A stretch of 64,000 nt of DNA from an uncultured Verrucomicrobiae bacterium (GTDB lineage: Bacteria > Chlamydiota > Chlamydiia > Chlamydiales > Rhabdochlamydiaceae), in the NCBI GenBank assembly GCA_963731265.1, contig CAVSUE010000001.1:1696001-1760000 (forward strand), given 5' to 3'. Under the pieces are notes generated by a model that searched no databases, was not told the origin of the DNA, and saw only the letters and a list, made by a program, of their open reading frames with translations. Position numbers and translations under genes: made by a program. This document shows, piece after piece, positions 1-7,974 of the stretch (its first letter is position 1; every line of letters begins with the position of its first letter).

Positions 1-954
1 GAAATCGTGAACAAACACCTGTCTATCGCTGACCAAAAGAAGGTCGCGCGGGCCGTGTTTTTATGCAAAGCCGACCTCGCTTCTGCTCTCGTCGGAGAAT
101 TTCCTGAATTGCAGGGAACCGCCGGAAAATATTATGCTTTAGCTCAAAAAGAGGAAAAAGAAGTCGCCTCTGCCATCGAAGAACATTGGATGCCGCGAGC
201 GGAGCACGCCCCGCTCCCAAAAACAAGCGTCGGGGTGATTTTGAGCGTGGCGGATAAAATTGATAATTTGATCGGCTGCTACAGCGTCGGACTCAAACCT
301 TCTTCTTCCAGCGATCCGTACGGATTACGCCGCCAATCGATCGGTCTACTTAAAATCTTGATCGATCAAAAGCAAAGCGTCGATTTAAAAGCCATTCTCG
401 AAGAGGCGTGCAAAGCCTTTCCCCATGTTAAAGATCAAGAGCCCATTGTGAATGAAATTCTTTCTTTCATCACCGCGCGGGCAAAATCCGTCTTCGAAGA
501 ATACGGGTTTAAAAAAGACGAGATCGAAGCTTCGCTTCAAGGTCTTTGCACTGACCCTTATGATCAATTTTGCAAGACCCAGGCGCTCCACAGCTTTCGA
601 AAATCCGGCACAGAATTCGGAAAACTATATGAAGTCTACAAACGCGCCAAAGGCCAGCTGGAAAAACCCGCTGGGGCCCCTTTTCAATCGGGACTAGCTT
701 TAGAGCCCGCAGAAAAAGAGCTCATGCACGCCCTCGACGTCCTGCACAAGGATTGGAAGATGACGATCAGAGATCGGCAATACCTCGAAGCCTTCCGGAT
801 GATTGCAAAATTGCAGGCACCGCTTGCCAAGCTTTTCGATACAGTGAAAATTCTTGCGGATGACTCTAAACTTCGCGAAAATCGGATCGCCCTGTTGCAA
901 CAAGTCTTCACCCCCTTTCAAGAACTGATCGACTTTAGCAAAATTCAAGGATAG
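1..954 (+). CDS. glyS: Glycyl-tRNA synthetase beta-chain region, C-terminal part (gene begins before the window)
   Basis: Motifs KADL..ALVGEFPELQG..G.YYA, ADKIDNL, SSDPYGLRR and C-terminal DALR-type RENRIALL. Confidence 0.95.
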   Translation, partial: EIVNKHLSIADQKKVARAVFLCKADLASALVGEFPELQGTAGKYYALAQKEEKEVASAIEEHWMPRAEHAPLPKTSVGVILSVADKIDNLIGCYSVGLKPSSSSDPYGLRRQSIGLLKILIDQKQSVDLKAILEEACKAFPHVKDQEPIVNEILSFITARAKSVFEEYGFKKDEIEASLQGLCTDPYDQFCKTQALHSFRKSGTEFGKLYEVYKRAKGQLEKPAGAPFQSGLALEPAEKELMHALDVLHKDWKMTIRDRQYLEAFRMIAKLQAPLAKLFDTVKILADDSKLRENRIALLQQVFTPFQELIDFSKIQG

Positions 955-1071
955 AGCTCTTGCATGACCGGCACTACCTGAAAAGGGCGATTTTGAGGGT
1001 TGGAGAAGGCTATCCAAGAGTCCTAAGTAGAAATTCATAGACAATGCCGTTTCTTCTTTTGCATAATAACT

Positions 1072-2109
1072 ATGCAAATGAAGGGTCAAATGAAAAAAGC
1101 AGAAATTCCCGTGATCGATCTTCACAGCGATCTATTGTCTTATCTGTCGCTAAAACCTACCCGCTCTCCTGAAGACTCGATTTCACGGTGCTCTTATACA
1201 CAGCTCCGCGAGGGCAATGTCCGATTGCAGGCGCTAGCCATCTTTAGCACCACTGAAGAAAATTCCACTGAAAGTGGCCGCAAACAAGTCGAATGCTATC
1301 TCAAATTGCTCGCCCAATATCAAAACCGCTTTGCTGCTTGCCGCTTACCTCTGGATGCGCAAAAAACGACTGTCGCGCTTCTTCCCGCCTTCGAAAATGC
1401 CTCTACTTTTGTCAATGAGACGGAACAGGTTACAGATGGGATACGGCGGCTCGAGGAGTACAAAAAAGCTCTGGGCGCTATTTTCTACATCAGTTTGACC
1501 TGGGATGAAGAAAACCGTTTTGGCGGAGGCAATCGATCTAGTGTGGGTCTGAAAGAAGATGGCAAACGCCTCTTGGAATGGATGCACGGCAAAAAAATCG
1601 CCCTCGACTTCAGTCACACTTCAGATAAACTCGCCTACGATCTTCTCCATTTTATCGACGGCGAGTCGCTCGACATTCCCGTCATTGCAAGCCATTCCAA
1701 TTTCCGCGCTATTTCCAATTATCCCCGCAATCTTCCCGATGAAATTGCTAAACAGATCATCCGCCGCAAAGGCCTAATCGGCCTCAATCTCTTCGCCCCC
1801 TTCATCCATGACACAGACCCATCAGCGATTGCCCGTCATGTCGACCACGGTCTTGGCCTCGGCGCAGAAAATGCCCTCTGTTTCGGAGCAGACTTCTTTT
1901 GCGACTCCGATAATCCCGGTTTTTTGAAAGAAAAATACCATCGAACAGAGGCTTACTATTCTCAATTCAGCAATGCATCGGCCTATCCGGAATTGCTTCA
2001 GCTTTTCTCTCAAAAATTAGAGCTCAAAGAGCATGTCCTGCTGAAGATCGCCAGCCAAAACGCTTTAACCTTCTTAAAGGAACAAATAAATTTATTTTCT
2101 TCTCTTTAA
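1072..2109 (+). CDS. Membrane dipeptidase (M19 amidohydrolase family); start may be ATG at 1090
   Basis: IDLHSD, LDFSH, VIASHSNFR, RNLPDE, FGADF motifs. Confidence 0.85.
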   Translation: MQMKGQMKKAEIPVIDLHSDLLSYLSLKPTRSPEDSISRCSYTQLREGNVRLQALAIFSTTEENSTESGRKQVECYLKLLAQYQNRFAACRLPLDAQKTTVALLPAFENASTFVNETEQVTDGIRRLEEYKKALGAIFYISLTWDEENRFGGGNRSSVGLKEDGKRLLEWMHGKKIALDFSHTSDKLAYDLLHFIDGESLDIPVIASHSNFRAISNYPRNLPDEIAKQIIRRKGLIGLNLFAPFIHDTDPSAIARHVDHGLGLGAENALCFGADFFCDSDNPGFLKEKYHRTEAYYSQFSNASAYPELLQLFSQKLELKEHVLLKIASQNALTFLKEQINLFSSL

Positions 2110-2277
2110 GGGCACTTTTGCTCCCTTCTTTCTGGCTTCGGAAAGACCTATGGCAATAGCTTGTTTTCTGCTTTTTACCTTTCTTTTGCTTCTTCCCGAT
2201 TTTAAGGTTCCGGCTTTCATCTTATGCACAGCGCGTCTTACGCTTTTTTGTGACGCTTTTCCATATCTGGCAACCAT
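2092..2277 (-). CDS. Small basic protein (DUF6496-like)
   Basis: K.GTLKSGRS..KVKSRKQAIAIGLSEAR.KG signature; last gene of the csbD-yciF cluster. Confidence 0.75.
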   Translation of the reverse strand: MVARYGKASQKSVRRAVHKMKAGTLKSGRSKRKVKSRKQAIAIGLSEARKKGAKVPLKRRK

Positions 2278-2293
2278 AAAAAAACCTCAAGGA

Positions 2294-2803
2294 TTAAGCA
2301 GCGTGTTTTTTTGCCTTAATATTCACTCCTCGGCTGAAAATGGTCCCTTCAGCAATTTCCGTGAGCTTTTTGTTCGCATTTCCTTCTTCTTTCGAGTTCT
2401 TTTCAAGAAGTCCAAGAATGCGGTCATATTTGAATAACTTCGCAAGAGACTTTAACATCCCGTACGAAGCAATTTCAAAATGTTCGACATGCTGAGCGCA
2501 CTGGATGAGAGCCGCATCTCTCACATCTGTTTCATATTGCATTTGCATGTACTTTTCTGGTTCTTTCAATAGGCTCTCCATCACTTCAGAAGTCACCCCA
2601 GAAGGCGTCTTGCCAAGCTCTTCCAAAATACTTTCCAAACGGCGAGCTTGCTCTTCCGTTTCTTTGAGGTGGTCCTGAAGTGCATTTTTCAATTTGTCCG
2701 AAGAAACTGCGTCAATGAGTTTGGGAAGAGCACGAATGATTTGCTTTTCACCATCATACATTAACTGCAGTTCATAAATGAACAAGTCGTGAATATCTTT
2801 CAT
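2294..2803 (-). CDS. YciE/YciF ferritin-like stress protein (DUF892)
   Basis: EL..MYDGEKQI..ALPKL, HL.ET..Q..RLE, RDAALI..AQ.VEHFEIASYG. Confidence 0.9.
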   Translation of the reverse strand: MKDIHDLFIYELQLMYDGEKQIIRALPKLIDAVSSDKLKNALQDHLKETEEQARRLESILEELGKTPSGVTSEVMESLLKEPEKYMQMQYETDVRDAALIQCAQHVEHFEIASYGMLKSLAKLFKYDRILGLLEKNSKEEGNANKKLTEIAEGTIFSRGVNIKAKKHAA

Positions 2804-2806
2804 GAG

Positions 2807-3364
2807 TTAGCCTGTTTTTCTTTTTTTGGGCTTGCCTTCTCCGCCTTCTTCATCCTCATCTCGGCCGGTCCGGAATTTCCCTTCATCTTCATTTCGACCA
2901 GTACCAGTGCGGAATTTCCCTTCATCTTCATTTCGGCCAGTGCCAGTACGGAATTTCCCTTCATCTTCATTTCGACCAGTACCAGTGCGGAATTTCCCTT
3001 CATCTTCATTTCGGCCAGTGCCCGTACGGAATTTCCCTTCATCTTCATTTCGGCCAGTGCCAGTGCGGAATTTCCCTTCATCTTCATTTCGGCCAGTACC
3101 CGTGCGGAATTTCCCTTCATCTTCTCGTTCTTTGCCATGAGATTCTCTTGAAGAATCACCTTCTTTACGATACATTTGTTCAAATCGTTTTAATTCTTCT
3201 TCGGCCCTCTTTTGCTCCCAGCCATATCTTTCTTGTAGGGATCCGAGCATTTTTTCCCTGCTACCATTGATTCGAGTGAGATCATCATCCGTTAATTTTC
3301 CCCATTTCTCTTTGACTTTTCCTTTGAATTGGTGCCACTTTCCTTTAAAAATATCGTCTTGCAT
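2807..3364 (-). CDS. CsbD-family stress protein with a repetitive charged C-terminal tail
   Basis: N-terminal KGKW.QFKGKVKEKWGKLTDDDL..I.G.RE...G.LQERYG; SD gaggag upstream; tail of 13-aa repeats. Confidence 0.9.
   Translation of the reverse strand: MQDDIFKGKWHQFKGKVKEKWGKLTDDDLTRINGSREKMLGSLQERYGWEQKRAEEELKRFEQMYRKEGDSSRESHGKEREDEGKFRTGTGRNEDEGKFRTGTGRNEDEGKFRTGTGRNEDEGKFRTGTGRNEDEGKFRTGTGRNEDEGKFRTGTGRNEDEGKFRTGRDEDEEGGEGKPKKRKTG
2871..3125. repeat. Tandem repeat, 39-bp unit (about 6.5 copies) encoding EDEGKFRTGTGRN on the minus strand
   Basis: cggaatttcccttcatcttc recurs at 2871, 2910, 2949, 2988, 3027, 3066, 3105. Confidence 0.97.
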
Positions 3365-3494
3365 GGTGTCCTCCTCTTGTTAATTGTGCCTTCCTATTTT
3401 TATTATACAATGATTACTACATTATTAATCAACAAATAACTTTAATTGCTGATTTTTAATTAATTAGAACTATTAATTAATGACGCACCCAGTC

Positions 3495-4523
3495 TTAAGA
3501 TTTAATGGCCTGATGAAAATCATTACCGAGCTGTTCAAAGGTAAATTTTTTAGCCTGATCGCTTTCTAAAAAAGCCCGGATCCGCGTCAAATACCCTTCG
3601 TATTCTTCTTTGGGCATCGATTTGAGAAAAAAGTAGAGTTCTTCCATGTTTTGAAACGACTCGCGATCGATGAAACAGTCTTTAGGGATGTACTCAGCGA
3701 CATTGCTTGCGCCCCAATAGACGGGAATGGTCCCTGCGGAGAAACAGTCGAAAATCTTTTCCGTGATATAACCGGAAGTCTTTTTGCTATTTTCATAGCA
3801 GAACGTAAATCGGTAATTTTTTATCGTTCCAATTTTGTCTTCTATGGGGCCGCGATAACTTCCATATTCTGCCGGATTCCAGCTTCTTCCATAAAACTCA
3901 AACTCCTTTTCTCCGATGTGCTCAAAAAAAAGAATGATCCTTTTTCTTTCACTATAAAGTTCGTTGACATACTTGCTCTTGAGGTTGGAAGCCACAAGAG
4001 TGCACAGCTTTTTTTCTTCAAAAGGAACGATATCGGAGATCATCGGACGATAGACCGGGTAATAAAACTTAAAGTAAGTTTTTCCATCGATTAAAGAATC
4101 ATCCCAAGTATAAATTTTAGAAAAACACCGCTGCACTCTAGGGAGATACATCCGTCGCAGAACCGTCTTTGGCTCCCACATGAACAAAATAAGTTTTTCC
4201 TTTGGAAATTTAGAAAGATCGTATTTTTTGGCGACTTTTGGCGTAATGTTGAAAAAAACAATCTTTTCTACCTCTGCGCCAAGTTCGATTTTCCGAAAGT
4301 CAAGCTTGCGCATGATTTTGTGAAAAAAACCTTTTTTCTTCTTTAAACTTTTCTCGTAATCCTGGATGTCGACTACGACGACTTTCGCATCGTATGCGTG
4401 GACTTTTAAAAAACGCGTATATGCCTCTGCATCGATCGGAAAATTTGCGATGCATTGCACAATTTTTTCCGCTCTCAATGGGAAAATGGCACAGATCAAA
4501 AGTAAAAGAATCCGATTCTTCAT
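3495..4523 (-). CDS. Glycosyltransferase family 10 (alpha-1,3-fucosyltransferase-like)
   Basis: YRFTFCYEN....GYITEKIFDCF.AG.IPVYWGA motif; hydrophobic N-terminus. Confidence 0.85.
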   Translation of the reverse strand: MKNRILLLLICAIFPLRAEKIVQCIANFPIDAEAYTRFLKVHAYDAKVVVVDIQDYEKSLKKKKGFFHKIMRKLDFRKIELGAEVEKIVFFNITPKVAKKYDLSKFPKEKLILFMWEPKTVLRRMYLPRVQRCFSKIYTWDDSLIDGKTYFKFYYPVYRPMISDIVPFEEKKLCTLVASNLKSKYVNELYSERKRIILFFEHIGEKEFEFYGRSWNPAEYGSYRGPIEDKIGTIKNYRFTFCYENSKKTSGYITEKIFDCFSAGTIPVYWGASNVAEYIPKDCFIDRESFQNMEELYFFLKSMPKEEYEGYLTRIRAFLESDQAKKFTFEQLGNDFHQAIKS

Positions 4524-4554
4524 CTACACACATTACATGAACACAACAGATGAG

Positions 4555-4641
4555 ATCAACTCCGCTTACGGGATGAACGGGTTGTTCGGGGGGCCTATTC
4601 CCCTTTTGACTTTGCAAGTGTCCTGCTTCAGCTGAGTTGAT
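4555..4641. repeat. Single-copy intergenic palindromic element
   Basis: atcaactccgct (4555) pairs with agctgagttgat (4630), 11/12 match. Confidence 0.45.
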
Positions 4642-4703
4642 GCAATTTAACAGCTCTTTACAATTATTGATTAATTTATTAGATGTTAAATTATAGTCTT
4701 ATA

Positions 4704-5009
4704 ATGGGAGGACGCGTGAACAAAAAAAGAATTATTGGGGTCGCGGTTTTAATCGTTGGCATTATTGCAGTTATTTATGCCAGTCACCTTAAAGGCCGCA
4801 TTGGCTCATCTGAAAGCAATGTCAGGGAGGGGACCACCCTATTCGGCGGTAATCCGGTCGGGAATGCTGTTGGAGGAGTGATGGAAGGCAAAATCTCTTC
4901 CTACAAAGGTCCTGTGATGATGCTGATGATTGGTGGCATTATCTTGATCGTTGTGGGTGGGGGGATGGCGCTTTTTTGCCGATACCGAGGTAGAAAAAGA
5001 GGGGGTTGA
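4704..5009 (+). CDS. Small two-TM membrane protein, hypothetical (start uncertain, 4704 or GTG 4716)
   Basis: Two Gly-rich hydrophobic segments and a basic C-terminus. Confidence 0.7.
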   Translation: MGGRVNKKRIIGVAVLIVGIIAVIYASHLKGRIGSSESNVREGTTLFGGNPVGNAVGGVMEGKISSYKGPVMMLMIGGIILIVVGGGMALFCRYRGRKRGG

Positions 5010-5023
5010 TTTTTTACAACCCT

Positions 5024-5371
5024 CTAAAGACGGTGGCGCCTTTTGGCGACAAAAGAGTAGATTTGATCGATGCCAAGAGGCGCATAGGCTAGCCAGCCGA
5101 TGAGTTTCTTCCAGCCGCCGAGCAGCCAGAGGATTCTCATGACCGCCCTCCCTTTAATCCAGATTTTCGAGGTAGGGACTCGGTAATTTTCAATGAGAAC
5201 GATCGTATTGGCTTTTTTTAACTTTTCATATTTTTCAAGAAGAACTTGCTTGGCTAGTTTTTCTCGGAGCGAGCAAAATTGAAACTGTTTCTTTTTATCC
5301 CACTCGCGAATCCGGTTGACCGACCTCCAGCAGAAAGAACAATGGTCGTCGAAGAGGATCAAATGCTTCAT
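5024..5371 (-). CDS. DCC1-like thiol-disulfide oxidoreductase (DUF393)
   Basis: N-terminal LFDDHCSFC (DxxCxxC) and C-terminal Y.FVAKRRHR. Confidence 0.85.
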   Translation of the reverse strand: MKHLILFDDHCSFCWRSVNRIREWDKKKQFQFCSLREKLAKQVLLEKYEKLKKANTIVLIENYRVPTSKIWIKGRAVMRILWLLGGWKKLIGWLAYAPLGIDQIYSFVAKRRHRL

Positions 5372-7146
5372 GAGTTAATCACCTCCGGAACGCGCTTCTT
5401 TATTTCGTCGAATTGACGGGCCAATTCAAGTGCTTCGTCATCGCTAAGGGCGCCGCTCTGGAGCTTTAGGCGGATAGCCTCGCGCTTGTCCATCCATTGA
5501 CGAATGAGGATTTTGCGGATGGTCTCTTTAAATGATTCTTCCGCTCTCATAAGATTGACTTTCCGTTGCATGATCTCACTGAGTAATTTTTGATCTTCTT
5601 CCCCATCAAGGCACCCTCCTAGAGATAGAAGATCGCAAGCGCGATCTTCCTGATGCGCCTTTAAAAATTCGTCGTACAGGCGCGCGGCCCCGGGAACGCA
5701 TAGATGTTCTATTGTCAGATTGGCTTTTGCCATGCCAATGAGCTTAGGATTTTGCGACGAGGCAAGAACAAGCCATCGGATAAAATCTCCTTCTAAAATG
5801 CGGTTAGCGTCGATTTCCTGGATCTTGATGGATGAGCTTCTTTTGATAAACAGGTCGGGCAATGAGATTTGGCCTATGCCCAGGGCAGCTTCGGGGACAA
5901 GCGAAATTTCCGCGAGCTTTTTCAAGCTTTCGTGGACCATCACAGGCATTTCCCACTGTTTGATCTTTTCCACGATCAGGCTGACGATTTCATTCTTTTT
6001 TGACGGGGAACGCAGGTCCGCGTCTTTTGATAAATAGGCGAATAGAAAATTGAGGTAATCGCGGCTCTCTCTTAACAAACCTGCAAAGGAATCGGGGCCG
6101 AACTCAGAGAGCAGCGAATCGGGGTCAGACCCATCGGGAAGAGACAGGACGAAAACTTCCACGCCCTTTTTTTGGAATAAATGCCCGATTTTTGCAGCTG
6201 CGGCCTTTCCTGCATCATCGGCGTCGAGGGCAAGGTAGACTTTATTCACCCCAAGGTGCATCAGCTCCTTGACATGGTCTTCACCAAAGGCCGTCCCCTG
6301 CCCGGCCACTGTATAATTGAATCCGGCATGGATCAACCTCAGGCAATCGATTTGCCCCTCGACGATGATCGCTTGAGATTCCTTGGCAATTCTGGTGCGG
6401 CAGTAGCTAAGGCCGAAGAGGACGCGCGACTTTTTAAAAAGGGAAGTTTCGGGGGTATTGATATACTTTCCGCCAAAAGTCTCTTCTTTGAATTTGCGTG
6501 CGGAAAAGCCAATCACGGCGCCAAGGGCATCGCGAATGGGAAATGTGATCCGGTCGGTGAAAAAATCCCTGCGTTTGCCATGCTGCGTGACCAAAACCAA
6601 TCCCGTGTGTTCCTGGATTTTTTCCTCGACGCCATTTTCATTCATATAGCGTATCAAGATGTCGCCTTGCCTGGGCGCAAATCCAATTTGAAATTGGCGG
6701 ATAAATTGAAGATCGAGCCCTCTTTTGTAAAGGTAGTTCAAAGCGATGTGGCCTTCTGCAGAATGAAGAAGTAAGTAGTGGTAAAGAGAGGATGCAAGCT
6801 CCAAAGCGGCTTTAAGCTGAGATTTGCTTGGTCCTTTTTCTGCTAAGGGCTCCTCGGTCTTCTCCAAAGAGACTTGAAATCTTTCCGCAAGGATTTCGAC
6901 GGCTTGAGAAAAACTCATTTTGACGTACGACATCAAAAAGGCAATCGCATCGCCATGCGCTCCGCAGCCAAAACAATGGTAATGGGAATCCCCTTTTTGA
7001 ACCATGAAGGAGGGCGTTTTTTCTTCATGGAAGGGGCACAAAGCTTTATAAGAGGATCCGGATCTCTGCAAATTGAGATGCCCGGAAAGGACCTCCGGAA
7101 GATCGATGCGCCGACGTAGCAGCTCTAAACTGTCTTTTGTAAACAT
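5368..7146 (-). CDS. dnaG: DNA primase
   Basis: CPFHEEKTPSF zinc finger, YHCFGCG, KYINTPET, TOPRIM IVEGQID and DADDAG; ATG at 7146 preferred because the longer start lies inside a repeat element. Confidence 0.97.
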   Translation of the reverse strand: MFTKDSLELLRRRIDLPEVLSGHLNLQRSGSSYKALCPFHEEKTPSFMVQKGDSHYHCFGCGAHGDAIAFLMSYVKMSFSQAVEILAERFQVSLEKTEEPLAEKGPSKSQLKAALELASSLYHYLLLHSAEGHIALNYLYKRGLDLQFIRQFQIGFAPRQGDILIRYMNENGVEEKIQEHTGLVLVTQHGKRRDFFTDRITFPIRDALGAVIGFSARKFKEETFGGKYINTPETSLFKKSRVLFGLSYCRTRIAKESQAIIVEGQIDCLRLIHAGFNYTVAGQGTAFGEDHVKELMHLGVNKVYLALDADDAGKAAAAKIGHLFQKKGVEVFVLSLPDGSDPDSLLSEFGPDSFAGLLRESRDYLNFLFAYLSKDADLRSPSKKNEIVSLIVEKIKQWEMPVMVHESLKKLAEISLVPEAALGIGQISLPDLFIKRSSSIKIQEIDANRILEGDFIRWLVLASSQNPKLIGMAKANLTIEHLCVPGAARLYDEFLKAHQEDRACDLLSLGGCLDGEEDQKLLSEIMQRKVNLMRAEESFKETIRKILIRQWMDKREAIRLKLQSGALSDDEALELARQFDEIKKRVPEVINS

Positions 7147-7332
7147 ATATTGCTTCACCTGAAAGTTATGAAAATTTCTGCTTCAGCATCTTCATTTTTG
7201 CAGCGCTCGCTTCTCGGCATAATTACCGACACTGATATCGAGCCATGTGCTTGCAAATGGTCGACTTCAACAAACAAAAAATTGAAGCGCTGAAATTGAA
7301 ATTTTCTATAACTTTCAACTGTCAGCAGTATA
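7147..7332. mobile_element. Palindromic/MITE-like element family A, copy 1
   Basis: Terminal inverted repeats (tgcttcacctgaaagttatgaaaattt / aaattttctataactttcaactgtcagcagta); homologous to 34645 and 42849. Confidence 0.85.
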
Positions 7333-7431
7333 GAACCCATTATTACAGGAATCCATGAGTCTGTCTATGAGTTCATTTCGGTATATTATTTTTGCTTTTT
7401 TATGCTACGTTGGGTGACAATAGGCAAAAAT

Positions 7432-7974
7432 ATGAGCGACCTTGAGACGGAACTCTCAGATTCGTACAAAAACTTTGAGGAAAAGGCGACCCATTTCGCC
7501 CAGGCAGGATCGCTCCATGATCCTTCATTGAGCCAGCTGCGCGACCAGATTAAAAAAGTCATGATTCCTCTTTTGATCAAAACATTTCAATTCAAACTCG
7601 AGCTCAACCAATCTCTGAGCCTTCCATCCCGCCTCCAGAGTCAGAAGAACCAGCGCTTGCCTGAAGAGATCGCCGAACATCTCAAAACACTGGACAATGA
7701 TTTGAAAGTGTTGCTTCTGTGGTGCCAAAGCTGCCGAAGCCAAATCCAAAAAGCCCTGATTTCACCGGCAGATGAACAAAAAAGTACGGTAACCGCAGCG
7801 GTCTCTGCATCCAATCATGAAACCGTTTCAAAATCTTTTAACGAAGCGCTGTCGGCCCAATCTTCGTTTTTTCAGCAGCAAAACAACCAGGAAAAAGACA
7901 AAATGCCGCCATCCCAATCATCCGGTCTTTCCACGACGAAAACATGGTGGGAAAAGTTAATTGGGAAATCATGA
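7432..7974 (+). CDS. Hypothetical protein, coupled to mutS (ATGA overlap)
   Basis: ORF with helical N-half and S/Q-rich C-half; stop overlaps the mutS start at 7971. Confidence 0.7.
   Translation: MSDLETELSDSYKNFEEKATHFAQAGSLHDPSLSQLRDQIKKVMIPLLIKTFQFKLELNQSLSLPSRLQSQKNQRLPEEIAEHLKTLDNDLKVLLLWCQSCRSQIQKALISPADEQKSTVTAAVSASNHETVSKSFNEALSAQSSFFQQQNNQEKDKMPPSQSSGLSTTKTWWEKLIGKS

Noticed and set aside
955..1070. Possible palindromic element after glyS; a similarly weak case at about 29628-29760
   Set aside because: Terminal complementarity is too weak and there is no second copy in the window.
2789..3183. Overlapping ORFs 2789-3151, 2800-3183 and 2826-3140, and a possible CRISPR array
   Set aside because: The 39-bp unit lacks stops in several frames, which explains the ORFs; units are contiguous without unique spacers, so it is not CRISPR.
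7155..7340. ORFs 7155-7340 and 42814-43071 as independent genes
   Set aside because: They are read-throughs of family A elements without a convincing RBS, so they are treated as a property of the element.
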